A stretch of DNA of 64,000 nucleotides from contig CAWHFW010000005.1 of assembly GCA_963828735.1 (NCBI GenBank), positions 864,001 to 928,000 on the forward strand. Direction: 5' to 3'. Numbering within the stretch: position 1 is the first letter of the stretch; every line of letters starts with the position of its first letter. The translations under genes and the position numbers were made by a program. Of the stretch, positions 9,757 to 20,498 are shown piece by piece. Below the pieces are notes generated by a model. The model searched no databases. It had not been told where the DNA came from and saw nothing but the letters and a program-made list of their open reading frames with translations. Source of the DNA: an uncultured Gemmatimonadales bacterium (lineage in GTDB: Bacteria; Gemmatimonadota; Gemmatimonadetes; Gemmatimonadales; GWC2-71-9).

Positions 9757-11799
9757 CTACAACAAGCCCCACCAGTCCCGATTGACGTCCACCGTGAGCC
9801 CGAAATCGCCGGTCCTGAGACCGACACCGGCTTCCACGCGGAGGAGGCGCATGAACCACTCGAGCGCCACCCCGGCGACAGGACGGATGCCGTCGCTGGC
9901 GGCCCAGGGCAGACCCGGGAAGGCCCGACCAGCGGCACCCAGCGCGACGAACGGGGCGATCGTGAGGCGATTGCCCGTCGAGGCGAACGAGCCGAGGGGA
10001 ATCGCCGGCACGGGTGCCTCGAATCGCCACTCGACGGCGCCGAGGGCCATGTCGCGGCCCCCGTAGGCGCGGAACGGCTCTCCCACGAGGGTGCCGCGAC
10101 CGCCGAGCACGAAGCTCCGGTGCGCGGGCAGGCCGTCGGTGCCCGTCCCCAGGTACACCCGCGACACCAGCTCGTGTCCCGCCAGCGTCGTGAGCCAGCG
10201 TCCTTCGAGGGTGGCCCGGGCATAGTCCGTCGGCCCGAGGCCGCCCTCCAGTCCGAGCCGGCCCTGCAGGTCCTGGTGCACCGCGATACCGCCGCTCGCT
10301 CGCTCGAGCTCGACCCGGGCCACGCCCCGGGTGCCCGACCCCAGCCCCGGATTCGGGCGGTAGCTGCCGGTGGCCGGCGTGGCCTCGGTCGCCACCGACT
10401 CGCTCTCCTCGACTCCCCCGCTCAGAGCCACGGCCGTGCGCCCGCTCAACCGGTGTCGCATGCCGAGCGTCGCGGTCGTGAGCAGGACGTAGTCACCGTA
10501 GTCCTTGCCGCCTTCCTGCGATAGGATGGAATTGAGAATCGGCGAGATCACCGGCAGATCGCTCAGGTCCTGGATCCGACGCGCGCCGGAGAGGGTCACG
10601 TGGGTGGCGCCGAGGCCCGCCCCCACCTCCAGCCCACCGGTGACGCGGTGATCGGAGGTGCCATAGGCGATCGACGGCCGCACCTCGACCCGCCGCTCCT
10701 TGAGGCCCACGACGGCGCCGAAACCCAGCGCCAGTCCCTGGACCCGATTCACGTGGACCACGTCGCTCACCGATCCCGCCGCCAGCCGGTTGGACGGCAG
10801 GCCACTCAGGGCGCGCGCTCCGGCGATCCGCTCCACCTCGACCCGCAACGCATCCATGTCCTGCCGGTTGACCGGAGCCGCGACGCCCGCGACCGCCTCG
10901 TCGAGCGGCTCGCTCCAGCTGGAGTCCGAGGGCGCCGGATGCGCGAGGCCGGCGATGGCTGGCCCCTGAAACAGATGGGCCGGGAGCGGCACGTTGAGAT
11001 CATAGCCTTCGATGTCCCAGCGCCCGCGGATGATCCCGCGCGCCGGAAAGTCGAGCCAGGTGGTGCGGCGGCGGATCTCGATCTCCTGTCGGTACGGCAG
11101 CCAGTACCGCTGCTCGAAGAGCGAGTTCTCGAGCACGATGCTGATGTCCTCGAGCTGCGAGTCGAGGTAGGCCGCCGGCGTGAAGCTGAAGCGGAAGCGC
11201 ACGAGCTGCGCGGTCGCCGCGTCCAGATACAAGGTTCCCACCACCAGCGGGCGCGCGAACGACCGCGGACGCACCTGGACCTCCCGAACCACGGTCACCC
11301 CGCGCGCCGTCCGGATGGCGAGCGAGTCGCCGAGCGCGTAGTCGTACGACGCGAGCCCGACCGGCGAGAGCGGATGCGGCACGTCGCGGACTTCGTCGCC
11401 CTCACCGATCCGGATCACGTTGCCGAAATTGTTGGTGACGATCCCCAGATGGTCGCGGTGATAGTTGATGTCGGTGGGAAGGTACGCGCCGTCGCGCCAG
11501 CCGGAGATGACCTGCTTGCTCCGGTCCGGGGCGCGCCAATACACTTCCACGCGCAGCTCGTCGGCCTTGACCAGCCGGGGCGGCTGGGTCAGCCCCTCAC
11601 CGACCTGCGCCAGGAAGAACACGAACCCATGCGCCCGGGTGCGATAGCTCGCGAGCGTCGAGTCGGCCTGCGCCGCGAGCCGCCGCTCGGTCGCGCGCCG
11701 TACCAGCGCGAGCGCGTCGGGCGCGTTCCAGGCCTGCCCGACCAGCGGGCCCGCGTGGCTGAGCAGGAGCACCATCGCCACACGAACCGCTCGTCGCAC
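9757..11799 (-). CDS. Exported protein with a probable C-terminal outer-membrane beta-barrel (Omp85/DUF5686-like)
   Basis: Signal peptide after GTG 11799 with GAGAGG upstream; alternating beta-strands and a LGGRGTLVG loop in the C-terminal half. Confidence 0.6.
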   Translation of the reverse strand: MRRAVRVAMVLLLSHAGPLVGQAWNAPDALALVRRATERRLAAQADSTLASYRTRAHGFVFFLAQVGEGLTQPPRLVKADELRVEVYWRAPDRSKQVISGWRDGAYLPTDINYHRDHLGIVTNNFGNVIRIGEGDEVRDVPHPLSPVGLASYDYALGDSLAIRTARGVTVVREVQVRPRSFARPLVVGTLYLDAATAQLVRFRFSFTPAAYLDSQLEDISIVLENSLFEQRYWLPYRQEIEIRRRTTWLDFPARGIIRGRWDIEGYDLNVPLPAHLFQGPAIAGLAHPAPSDSSWSEPLDEAVAGVAAPVNRQDMDALRVEVERIAGARALSGLPSNRLAAGSVSDVVHVNRVQGLALGFGAVVGLKERRVEVRPSIAYGTSDHRVTGGLEVGAGLGATHVTLSGARRIQDLSDLPVISPILNSILSQEGGKDYGDYVLLTTATLGMRHRLSGRTAVALSGGVEESESVATEATPATGSYRPNPGLGSGTRGVARVELERASGGIAVHQDLQGRLGLEGGLGPTDYARATLEGRWLTTLAGHELVSRVYLGTGTDGLPAHRSFVLGGRGTLVGEPFRAYGGRDMALGAVEWRFEAPVPAIPLGSFASTGNRLTIAPFVALGAAGRAFPGLPWAASDGIRPVAGVALEWFMRLLRVEAGVGLRTGDFGLTVDVNRDWWGLL

Positions 11800-11829
11800 T
11801 GCGCACCTCTCTCGCTGGCGGGAAGTCAG

Positions 11830-12429
11830 ATGACGGGAATATCCCGGTGGTGCTGGGGGCGGGCAAGCTCGATCGCGCTCGCGCTGACGGCCTGTGGCGG
11901 CGGCTCGGGCTCGCACGCGAAGGGGGTCGAGCCCTCCGCGACGCGCGTCATTCCGCTGGCCGCGGCCATCGTGCTCGAGACCGCCGGGCCGCCGCCGGCG
12001 GACACGGCCGTCACCTTCGTCGCCGGCGAGCCCCGCGTCATCGTGCTCCGGCACGGACCGCCGGAGAACGTGGTCTTCGCGGAGGTGTCGTTCGCGCCGA
12101 GTGCGTTCCGCGCCGACAGCGGACGTCCCGTGAAGGTCGAGGTCCGCCCGCGGCCGGGCGTATACGGGCTCGACCTCGTCACGAGCGTGCCATTCAGCAC
12201 CGGCGCCTCCGTCGTCTTCAAGTACCCCCGATACTTCTCCGCGCCCGCCAAGGCGCGCGCGATCTACGGGAGCGACGTGCTGTACGAGCGCGCGCTCGCG
12301 ATCGGCCAGGTGCTGGGCACCGGACAGAGCATCTCGCTCCTTCCCTCCACCAGACCCGCCACGGACAACCTCGGGGCGCCGATGCCCGCGCCCGGCACGT
12401 ATCTCGTCGCCGCGCCCGAGTCGCCGTGA
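11830..12429 (+). CDS. Hypothetical lipoprotein
   Basis: Lipobox ALALTAC then GGGSG; coding-like codon bias; stop overlaps the trpE start. Confidence 0.7.
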   Translation: MTGISRWCWGRASSIALALTACGGGSGSHAKGVEPSATRVIPLAAAIVLETAGPPPADTAVTFVAGEPRVIVLRHGPPENVVFAEVSFAPSAFRADSGRPVKVEVRPRPGVYGLDLVTSVPFSTGASVVFKYPRYFSAPAKARAIYGSDVLYERALAIGQVLGTGQSISLLPSTRPATDNLGAPMPAPGTYLVAAPESP

Positions 12430-13925
12430 GCTTCGACGCCTTCGCCGCGCGCGCCCGCCAGGGCGGCGCCATGGTGCCCGTGACCCGGCAGGTGGTGCTC
12501 GACGGTGACACGCCGGTCTCCGCGTTCGCCAAGCTCCACCGCGGACCGTACGGCTTCCTCCTCGAGTCGCTCGAAGGGGGTGAGCGGTGGGCCCGGTACA
12601 CCTTTCTCTCGACCGACCCGCGCGAGGTGTTTCGCTACCGCGGTCGCGCCTGCGAGCGCTGGACCGCGCTCGAGGGATGGCGTCCGGTGGCCACGGACCT
12701 CCCGCCGCTCGAACATCTCGGTGGCGTGCTTCGCCGCCATCCGCCGGTGGACGTCCCCGGCCTGCCGCGGTTCACCGGGGGGGCCGTAGGCTACCTCGGC
12801 TACGACGTCGTGCGGACGATCGAGTCGCTGCCGGACGCGCCGCCCGACGACCGCGACCTGCCCGATGCGGTCATGATGGTGACCGACACGCTGCTCGTGC
12901 TCGACAACCTCTACAACCGCGCGACCGTGATCGCGAACGTGGAGGTCGCGCCGGACGCGGACGACGAGGAGCTGCGCCGGCTCTATGCGGCGGCCACGGC
13001 GCGGATCGACGACTGGGTCGCGCGCCTCGCCGTGCCCGGGACGATTCACCCGCTGGCGCTCGAGCCGCCCGCCGCGCTTCCGCCCGCAGTCTCGCCCTAT
13101 GCCGACGACCGGTTCCAGGAGGACGTGCGTCGCATCAAGGAGTACATCGCCGCGGGAGACACCTTCCAGACCGTGCTCTCGCGCCGGCTGGAGGTGGCCG
13201 CGCCGGATCCCTTTCTCACCTACCGCTATCTGCGCGCTCTGAATCCCGCGCCGTACCTCTACTACCTCCAGTGCGACGACATCCGCATCATCGGCAGCTC
13301 ACCCGAGATCCTGATTCGCGTGGAGGAAGGCGAGGTCACGCTGCGGCCGATCGCCGGCACGCGCCCGCGCGGCGCCACTGCAGACGAGGATGCCGCGCTC
13401 GCCGCCGACCTCATGGCCGATCCCAAGGAACGAGCAGAGCACCTGATGCTCGTGGACCTCGGGCGGAACGACGTCGGGCGGGTGGCGGAATTCGGCTCGG
13501 TGCGGCTCACCGCCTTCATGACCATCGAGCGGTACTCGCACGTCATGCACCTGGTGAGCGAGGTCCGCGGCCGGCTCCGCGCCGGCATGGACGCCGTGGC
13601 GGCGCTCGCCGCGTCCTTTCCGGCGGGTACGGTGTCCGGCGCGCCCAAGGTGCGCGCCATGCAGATCATCGACGAGCTGGAGCCGGTCCGTCGCGGGCCC
13701 TACGCGGGCGCGGTGGGCTACATCGGTTGGGGCGCCCGCACCATGGATACGGCGATCACCATCCGGACCTGCATCATGCGCGGCGACCGCGCCTGGATTC
13801 AGGCAGGCGCCGGCATCGTCGCCGACTCCGATCCCGCGGCCGAATGGCGGGAGACCGAGGCGAAGGCGCGAGCGGTGCTGCTGGCGCTGGCTCTCGCCGG
13901 CGCGCGCGAGCGCCCCGGCGGCTGA
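12426..13925 (+). CDS. trpE: Anthranilate synthase component I
   Basis: FLLES, GGAVGYLGYD, LNPAPY, GSSPE, PIAGTRPRG, EHLMLVDLGRND, GAPKVRAM. Confidence 0.92.
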   Translation: MSFDAFAARARQGGAMVPVTRQVVLDGDTPVSAFAKLHRGPYGFLLESLEGGERWARYTFLSTDPREVFRYRGRACERWTALEGWRPVATDLPPLEHLGGVLRRHPPVDVPGLPRFTGGAVGYLGYDVVRTIESLPDAPPDDRDLPDAVMMVTDTLLVLDNLYNRATVIANVEVAPDADDEELRRLYAAATARIDDWVARLAVPGTIHPLALEPPAALPPAVSPYADDRFQEDVRRIKEYIAAGDTFQTVLSRRLEVAAPDPFLTYRYLRALNPAPYLYYLQCDDIRIIGSSPEILIRVEEGEVTLRPIAGTRPRGATADEDAALAADLMADPKERAEHLMLVDLGRNDVGRVAEFGSVRLTAFMTIERYSHVMHLVSEVRGRLRAGMDAVAALAASFPAGTVSGAPKVRAMQIIDELEPVRRGPYAGAVGYIGWGARTMDTAITIRTCIMRGDRAWIQAGAGIVADSDPAAEWRETEAKARAVLLALALAGARERPGG

Positions 13926-13973
13926 GCCCTCGGGACCGCCGCCCGCCCGGCCGTTTCCGTCCTATATTCACGC

Positions 13974-15639
13974 ATGGCTCCATTGCGACTCGTCAGCACT
14001 GCCGGTGATCAGGCCTTCGAGCTGCGCCGAGGGCCGGACGCTCGTCGTCGGCCGGGGACTCACCAGCGACATCGCGATCTACGATCCGACGATCTCCCGC
14101 CGTCACGCCGAGCTGACCGTCGGGCCCGACGCGGTGGACGTGAAGGACCTCGGCAGCTCGAACGGCACATGCATCAACGGCGTGCGCATCACCGAGGGCA
14201 GCCTTGGCCTCGAGGACTCGATCAGCTTCGGCAAGGTCGGGTTCAGGCTGACGACGCGCGGCTCGCCCGTGCCGGTGATCCAGCGGCCCGCCATCGCCGC
14301 GGAGGCCGGACTCGCCGGGGGGAAGATCGTCCGGCAGCTCGTGGTGAGCGGTGGCGTCCCGCCGGGCATCACGAGCCGTGACGGCCCTCCGCCCGGTCAG
14401 CTCCGCGTCGACGCCACGCGCGGCGAAGCCCGCCAAGCCCTCAAGCTCCAGATGCTGCTCGAAGTCTCCCAGAAGCTCTCGGCCGAGCTCGACCTCGACC
14501 GCCTCCTCCGCACCGTCGTGGACACCACGTTCGAGATCATGGCGGTCGACCGCGTCACCATCGTGCTCCGGAACGAGGAGACGGGTGAGCTCGTGCCCAC
14601 GATCTCCCGAAGCCGCGTGGGCGAGCAGCAGCAGGTGCAGATTCCCCGCTCCATCGCGGACAAGGTCATGGAGGAACGGGTCGCCGTCGTTTCACAGAAC
14701 GCCTCCGCCGACACCCGATTCCGCGGCCAGTCCATCCTGCTTCAGAGCGTGCGGAGCGCCATGTGCTCCCCGCTCATGGCGTCCGCCGACCGCGTGCTCG
14801 GCCTGCTGTACGTGGACAACTCGACGGCCACGAACACCTTCACGGACGAGGACCTGCAGTTCCTGGTAGCGTTCAGCGGCCTCGCCGCGATCGGCATCAA
14901 GAATTCCCGCTACGCCGACCAGATCCGGCGCGAGATCACCGTGCGCTCCAACTTCGAGCGCTACTTCGCCCCCAACGTCGCGGCCGACATCGCGCAGCGG
15001 GGTGAGGCCATCAGCCAGGGCGGAGAGCGGCGCCCCACCACCATCCTGTTCAGCGACATTCGTGGCTTCACGGCCATCGCCGAATCCATGGGACCGGACG
15101 TCATCGCCCAATTCCTGAGCGAGTACTTCACGGAGATGGTGGAGGTGATCTTCGAGCACGGCGGCACGCTGGACAAGTTCATCGGCGACGCGATCATGGC
15201 CCTCTGGGGGTCGCCCATCGCACACATGGACGATCCGGACCGCGCGCTGCGCGCGGCGCTCGCGATGCAGCGCAGCATCGCCCGGCTCAACGAGCGCTGG
15301 GTTAGTCAGGGCCGGCCGGAGATCGGCGTCGGGATCGGGATCAATCACGGCGAGGTGTTCGCGGGGAACATCGGGAGCCACCGGCGCCTCGAGTACACCG
15401 TGATCGGCGACGCCGTCAACGTCGCCGCGCGGCTCTGCGCGGAGGCGGGGCCCGGTGAAGTGCTCGTGAGCGAGCAGTTCCTGGGCGTGATCCGCGACCA
15501 GGTGTCGTGCGACTACTTGCCGGAGATGGCGCTGAAGGGGAAGGCGCAGGTGGTGCAGGTGTATCGGGTACGCGAGCTGCAGCCTCAGCGCACTTCGGTC
15601 ACCGCGGCGGTACCGTTCCGCCCGCCCTCGAACCGGTAG
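13974..15639 (+). CDS. FHA-GAF-class III adenylate cyclase with an apparent frameshift near 14025
   Basis: FHA motifs VGR, ISRRHA, DLGSSNGT; cyclase motifs FSDIRGFT, DKFIGD, TVIGDAVNVAARL; first 17 codons lie in a different frame. Confidence 0.88.
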
Positions 15640-16199
15640 GGATGACCGGCGCGCTCGAGCAGCTCGAGCACGAGCCGGATCGGCAAGCCCATCACGCCGA
15701 AGAAGTCGCCGTCGATCCGCTCCACCAGCGCCGCACCGTATCCCTGAATCCCATACGCACCCGCCTTGTCCATCGGCTCGCCGGTGGCCACGTAGGTCTC
15801 GAGAAAGGACTCGCCGAGCCGGCGGAAGACCACGTTCGTGACGTCCGTGGCCTGATGGATCGTCTCCTCGGCCACCAGCGCGACGGAGGTCACCACCTGG
15901 TGCGTTCGCCCCTGGAGCTTCTTGAGCATCCGGAGCGCGTCCGCCGCGTCCACCGGTTTCTCGAGCACCTCGTCGCGGATCACGACGGTCGTATCGGCGC
16001 CGAGCACGAGGCGCCCGGGCACGGCCAGTGCCTTCTCCCGCGCCAACCGCTCCACGTAGTCCACCGGCGTCTCGACCGCCCGCCGCACCTCGGAGATGTT
16101 GGGCGCCACCGCCTGGACCGGGATGCCGAGCATCTCGAGGAGCTGCCGCCGGCGAGGCGAGGAGGAGGCAAGGGTCAGCGTCACGGTCTCGACGTTCAT
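15585..16199 (-). CDS. maf: Maf-family nucleoside triphosphate pyrophosphatase (YhdE type)
   Basis: [22 protein letters not shown]. Confidence 0.93.
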   Translation of the reverse strand: MNVETVTLTLASSSPRRRQLLEMLGIPVQAVAPNISEVRRAVETPVDYVERLAREKALAVPGRLVLGADTTVVIRDEVLEKPVDAADALRMLKKLQGRTHQVVTSVALVAEETIHQATDVTNVVFRRLGESFLETYVATGEPMDKAGAYGIQGYGAALVERIDGDFFGVMGLPIRLVLELLERAGHPYRFEGGRNGTAAVTEVR

Positions 16200-16636
16200 G
16201 CGCGGTCCAGAATGAGGGTCACGGGGCCGTCGTTGTGGATCTCCACCTGCATGTCGGCGCCGAACTCGCCGCACGCCACCTCGAGGTCGCGCGAGCGGAG
16301 GGACGCGAGAAAGCGCTCGTAGAGCGGGATCGCCGCCTCGGGCCTGGCGGCGTCGATGAACGAGGGGCGCCGTCCTTTCGCCGCGTCACCATAGAGCGTG
16401 AACTGGCTGATCACCAGCAAGGCACCCTGCACGTCGGCGAGACCGAGGTTCATCTTGCCCTCGGCGTCGGAGAACAGGCGGAGACCCGACACCTTTTCAG
16501 CCATCCAATCTACCCGCTCCACCGTGTCGTCGTGAGTGAAGCCCACCAGCAGGCAGAAGCCTCGTCCGATGGCTCCCGCCGTCCGGCCCGCAATGGACAC
16601 AGACGCCCCCGAGACCCGCTGAAGCACCACGCGCAT
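16196..16636 (-). CDS. dtd: D-aminoacyl-tRNA deacylase
   Basis: [25 protein letters not shown]. Confidence 0.96.
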   Translation of the reverse strand: MRVVLQRVSGASVSIAGRTAGAIGRGFCLLVGFTHDDTVERVDWMAEKVSGLRLFSDAEGKMNLGLADVQGALLVISQFTLYGDAAKGRRPSFIDAARPEAAIPLYERFLASLRSRDLEVACGEFGADMQVEIHNDGPVTLILDRA

Positions 16637-16746
16637 GGGACCGCCGGAACCGCCCCGTGGGCGACTATTGTTTACGGTCGTTGGCTGTCCGGTCGGACGG
16701 CCGCTGGCAACGCCAAAGATAGACATGGATTGATCTTGGAGAGAGC

Positions 16747-17619
16747 GTGCCCGTAACCAGACCCCTGCAGAAGGTCGTTGCCGAGCCCGGGCAGGAGCCC
16801 GGACGCTGCATCGCCCCCGCGCCGCACCGGCCCGACCCGGCCGCATGGCTCGATGACCGACTCACCGTGTCCTGGCTGGGACACGCCACGGTCCTGTGCA
16901 ACTTCTTCGGCACGGCTGTCCTCACCGACCCCGTCCTCGAGCGGCGCATCGGCCTCGGGCGAGGTCTCATGAAGCTGGGGCCGCGACGGCTGATCCAGCC
17001 GGCCCTCCGCAAGCGCGAGCTGCCACCCCTCGACGCGGTCCTTCTCTCGCACGCCCACATGGACCATACGGATCTCGGCACCCTGCGCGCGATCCCCTCG
17101 ACCACCCGTATCGTGGTGCAGTCCGGGAACCGTGACCTCGTGCGCCGCTTTCACGAGGTGGACGAGCTCGAGTGGGGTGCGCGCACGCGTGTCGGTGATC
17201 TGGAGGTCGAATCGGTGGAGACCCGTCACTGGGGCGCGCGGATGGTAACCGACCGGCATCGCGGCTGGGGCGGCTACCTGCTTCGCAAAGCAGGCCGCAC
17301 CGTCCTCTTCGCGGGCGACACCGCCTACACCGACGTGTTCGACCGCCTGCGCCACCGGGGGCCGGTGGATCTCGCCATCTTGCCCATCGGCGCCTACGAC
17401 CCGTGGGTCACCAGCCACGCGTCGCCCGAGGAAGCCTGGCGCATGTTCCGGGCGATCGGCGCGGAGTACATCCTCCCCATCCATCACTCGACCTTCCGTC
17501 TGAGCCGCGAGCCGCAGGACGAGCCGATGCGGCGGCTGCTCACCGTCGCCGGCCCGGAGCGGTGGCGCGTGGTGATCTCGGAGGTCGGGCAGACCTGGTC
17601 CCTCCCCGCCGACGATTGA
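16747..17619 (+). CDS. MBL-fold metallo-hydrolase (NAPE-PLD/RomA-like)
   Basis: WLGHAT, TDPV, SHAHMDH, FAGDT, LPIGAY, PIHH. Confidence 0.9.
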   Translation: MPVTRPLQKVVAEPGQEPGRCIAPAPHRPDPAAWLDDRLTVSWLGHATVLCNFFGTAVLTDPVLERRIGLGRGLMKLGPRRLIQPALRKRELPPLDAVLLSHAHMDHTDLGTLRAIPSTTRIVVQSGNRDLVRRFHEVDELEWGARTRVGDLEVESVETRHWGARMVTDRHRGWGGYLLRKAGRTVLFAGDTAYTDVFDRLRHRGPVDLAILPIGAYDPWVTSHASPEEAWRMFRAIGAEYILPIHHSTFRLSREPQDEPMRRLLTVAGPERWRVVISEVGQTWSLPADD

Positions 17620-17633
17620 CGGTGCCGGGGGCC

Positions 17634-17660
17634 GCGGGCGGCCCTTGACGGGCCGCCCGC
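17634..17660 (+). terminator. Putative intrinsic terminator hairpin
   Basis: Perfect 11-bp stem GCGGGCGGCCC/GGGCCGCCCGC with 5-nt loop, 14 nt after the stop; T-tract weak. Confidence 0.5.
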
Positions 17661-17840
17661 CGCCCCCCGTTCTTGCCACGGAGCGCGACTTCCCGCGCTC
17701 CGGACCCGAGACAGCGTCGGCGAGGCAGGTCGCCTCTGGCGATCCTTCGCCCTCCTCGAGTGGATGAGCGCCATGCTCCGCACGAATGGCGGGATCGACG
17801 TGTGGCCACGCCGGCACGCCGGCACGGCGTCGGGGGTGCG

Positions 17841-18989
17841 GTGAAAGTCCTGCACGTCATCGATCACATGGGACTCGGCGGCGAGCAACGGGTCGTACAG
17901 GACCTGTCGCTGATGCACGCGGCCGACATGACGCCCATCGCGTGGTCTCTTCGCGGCCACGAGCTGCCCGGGGTAGCCGATCGCATGGCCGCGGCCGACG
18001 TCCGCTACCGCTCGTTGGGCTTCTCGCCCGCCAAACCGTTCGCGCTCGCCGGCTTCCGACGGCACCTCCGGGAAACGAATCCCGAGATCCTGCACCTCCA
18101 TCTCGAGTACAGCACGCTGGTCGGCGTCCTTGCCGCGCTCTCGCTGCCCTCGCCCCGGCCCATTCTCGTTGCCTCGGTGGCCAACGACCCGTACCGCCAA
18201 ACCGCCTTCCACCGCTACGTCGGACGTGCCCTGGCGCCGTCGATTGACCTGCACATCGTGCACTCGCGCGGAATCCGCGACTCGGTGCTCCGTGCCTATG
18301 GGAAGCGCCCGCGGCGGGTGGAGGTGGTGAGCCTTGGCATCGACCTCAAGCGCTACCATCGGGGGCTCGCGGCGCCCGAGCGCGTCGCCGAGTATCGTCG
18401 GGGAGCCGGGCGCGTCGTGGGCGCGATTGGCCGGCTCGTGCCGCAGAAGGCGATGCACGTGCTGCTCGACGCGACGCCCGCGCTGCTGCAGGCGGACCCA
18501 GCGACGCGGGTACTGATCATCGGAGATGGGCCCCTCCGAGCAGCGCTCGAGTCCCAGGCGGCGGCGCTGGGGGTCGCGCGCGCCGTCCGGTTCGCCGGTT
18601 ACCAGGAGGACGTCGTCTCCGCCTACGCGGCGATGGACGTGTTCGTGCTGCCGTCACGGGACGAAGGCTTCGGACTCGTGTTCCTGGAGGCGATGGCCAT
18701 GGGTGTGCCGGTCGTCGGCACCAGGGTGATCGGGAGCGAGGACGCGGTGGATCATGGGGTGACCGGCCTGCTGGTCCCGTACGCGGATCCGGCCGCGCTC
18801 GCAGGCGCCGTGCGTAGCCTGCTCGACGACCCCTCGCTCGCCCGGCGCCTCCGCGAGACCGCGACCGAGCGCGTGCGCCGGCTCTACTCCCGCGAGCAAT
18901 GCGCCGCGCAGGTCGAGGGGCTCTATCGCGAGATGCTGGAGGCGCGGAGGCACGCCCCGGCCCGCGCCCCAGTCCGCGTCGGAGGGTGA
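17841..18989 (+). CDS. GT4-family glycosyltransferase
   Basis: MKVLHVI..GLGGEQ, IGRLVPQK, DVFVLPSRDEGFGLVFLEAMA. Confidence 0.92.
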   Translation: MKVLHVIDHMGLGGEQRVVQDLSLMHAADMTPIAWSLRGHELPGVADRMAAADVRYRSLGFSPAKPFALAGFRRHLRETNPEILHLHLEYSTLVGVLAALSLPSPRPILVASVANDPYRQTAFHRYVGRALAPSIDLHIVHSRGIRDSVLRAYGKRPRRVEVVSLGIDLKRYHRGLAAPERVAEYRRGAGRVVGAIGRLVPQKAMHVLLDATPALLQADPATRVLIIGDGPLRAALESQAAALGVARAVRFAGYQEDVVSAYAAMDVFVLPSRDEGFGLVFLEAMAMGVPVVGTRVIGSEDAVDHGVTGLLVPYADPAALAGAVRSLLDDPSLARRLRETATERVRRLYSREQCAAQVEGLYREMLEARRHAPARAPVRVGG

Positions 18990-18992
18990 CGC

Positions 18993-20498
18993 GTGTACGA
19001 ACGGGTCTTCGTGTTCGAGGTGGCCGGCCCTACCCTGGAATTTCTCCTCGCCCGGCGCTCTGCCCTGCCCACGCTCGCCCGTTTCCTGGATCGAGGCGCC
19101 TGGGGCCGATTGACCGGGCCACTCCAGCCCGGAGCACCGCAGTCGTTCGCGACACTGCTGAGCGGCTGCAATCCGGGCGCGACAGGCTTATTCGACACGT
19201 TCGCCTTCGGGCCGGGCGCGTACGATCGGGTGCCCGTCGATGCGCGCTCGCTGCGCCGCCCGGGCCTCCACCAGCTCCTGTCCGCGCGGGGAATGCGCGT
19301 CGGTCTCCTCAATGTCTCGCCGACGTCGCCGCTCGAACCGGTGAATGGCTTCGTGGTGTCGGGAGACGAGGGCATCGGTGACGGGTTCGCGTTTCCCCCC
19401 GAGGTCCGCGACATGCTGGCGGCCGAGGGCTACCGGGTGCCCTTCGGCGCGTCGTACGCGCCCGGGCGCGAGCGGGAGTTCGCTGATCATGCGCTCGAGG
19501 TGCTGGCCATGCGACGCAGGGCCGCCGTCACCGTGTTCAGCGACGGCCGCTGGCAGTTTGGCATGCTCACCCTGCATCTCTATGGCGAGCTGTTGCACGC
19601 CCTCTGGTCGTTCTACGACCCATCCCACCCCCGCTACCGGCCCGCGGCGGCCGTTTTTGCCGGCCGTGACCCGCTCCTTGAAGCGTTGAAGGGCATCGAT
19701 GACCTGCTGGGCCAGATCGTCACCTTTGCCGGGTCCCGCGGCCTGGTCATCTTCATGGGCGCCTGGGGACATCGCATGGTGCATTCGAAGGTGCACCTCA
19801 ACGCCGTGCTGGAGCGGAGCGGTGATCTTCGCTTTCGCCGCGACCTCCGCACGCACGCCAAGCGCCTCATGGTCCGGCTCGGCGTCTCGTCGGCATCGGT
19901 CGAGCGCCTGGCGCATCGGCTCAACCTCTACAAGCTCTTCCATGGTAAGCTGGCCCGCGGCCAGCGGGCCAAGGTCACGGGGGCGGCGTTCTTGTCCTAT
20001 CGAGACATCGACTGGCGGCGGACGCGCGCCGTCGCCATGGGGTACGAGGGTCAGATCTACCTGAACGCTCGTGGCCAACGGCCCGAAGGCACCATCGCGG
20101 CCGGGCAGCTGGACGCCGAGCGCGAACGGGTTCGCCAGCTCCTGCTGGGGCTTCGCGATCCGCGCACCGGCGATACCCCAGTCAAGCGTGTGCTCACGCG
20201 GGCCGAGGCGTACCGCGGCGCCGAAGCCGGCAATGGGCCGGACCTGCTGGTGGAATGGCGGCCCGGATACACGGGAGAGTCGGGTTTCTCCGGCCGAAGG
20301 ACGGTCACCGCCAGTCCGCCGGCGCTGTCGAGCGACCATGGGAACGAGAGCGCGCTGCTCGTGCTCGGCGAGGGCGTCCGTCGAGGCGAGATGTCAGCAA
20401 CCCTCCAGGACGTGGCGCCGACGGTCCTCAGTGCGCTCGGCGTGCCGATTCCGCCGGACATGGAGGGCCAGGTCCTGCCGTTGTGGGAGCGCGCATGA
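18993..20498 (+). CDS. Alkaline-phosphatase superfamily (type I phosphodiesterase-like) protein with a degenerate active site
   Basis: LPTLARFLDRG, GCNPG..GLFD, IDWRRTRA, GQIYLN, DVAPTVL..LG...P..MEG. Confidence 0.8.
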   Translation: MYERVFVFEVAGPTLEFLLARRSALPTLARFLDRGAWGRLTGPLQPGAPQSFATLLSGCNPGATGLFDTFAFGPGAYDRVPVDARSLRRPGLHQLLSARGMRVGLLNVSPTSPLEPVNGFVVSGDEGIGDGFAFPPEVRDMLAAEGYRVPFGASYAPGREREFADHALEVLAMRRRAAVTVFSDGRWQFGMLTLHLYGELLHALWSFYDPSHPRYRPAAAVFAGRDPLLEALKGIDDLLGQIVTFAGSRGLVIFMGAWGHRMVHSKVHLNAVLERSGDLRFRRDLRTHAKRLMVRLGVSSASVERLAHRLNLYKLFHGKLARGQRAKVTGAAFLSYRDIDWRRTRAVAMGYEGQIYLNARGQRPEGTIAAGQLDAERERVRQLLLGLRDPRTGDTPVKRVLTRAEAYRGAEAGNGPDLLVEWRPGYTGESGFSGRRTVTASPPALSSDHGNESALLVLGEGVRRGEMSATLQDVAPTVLSALGVPIPPDMEGQVLPLWERA

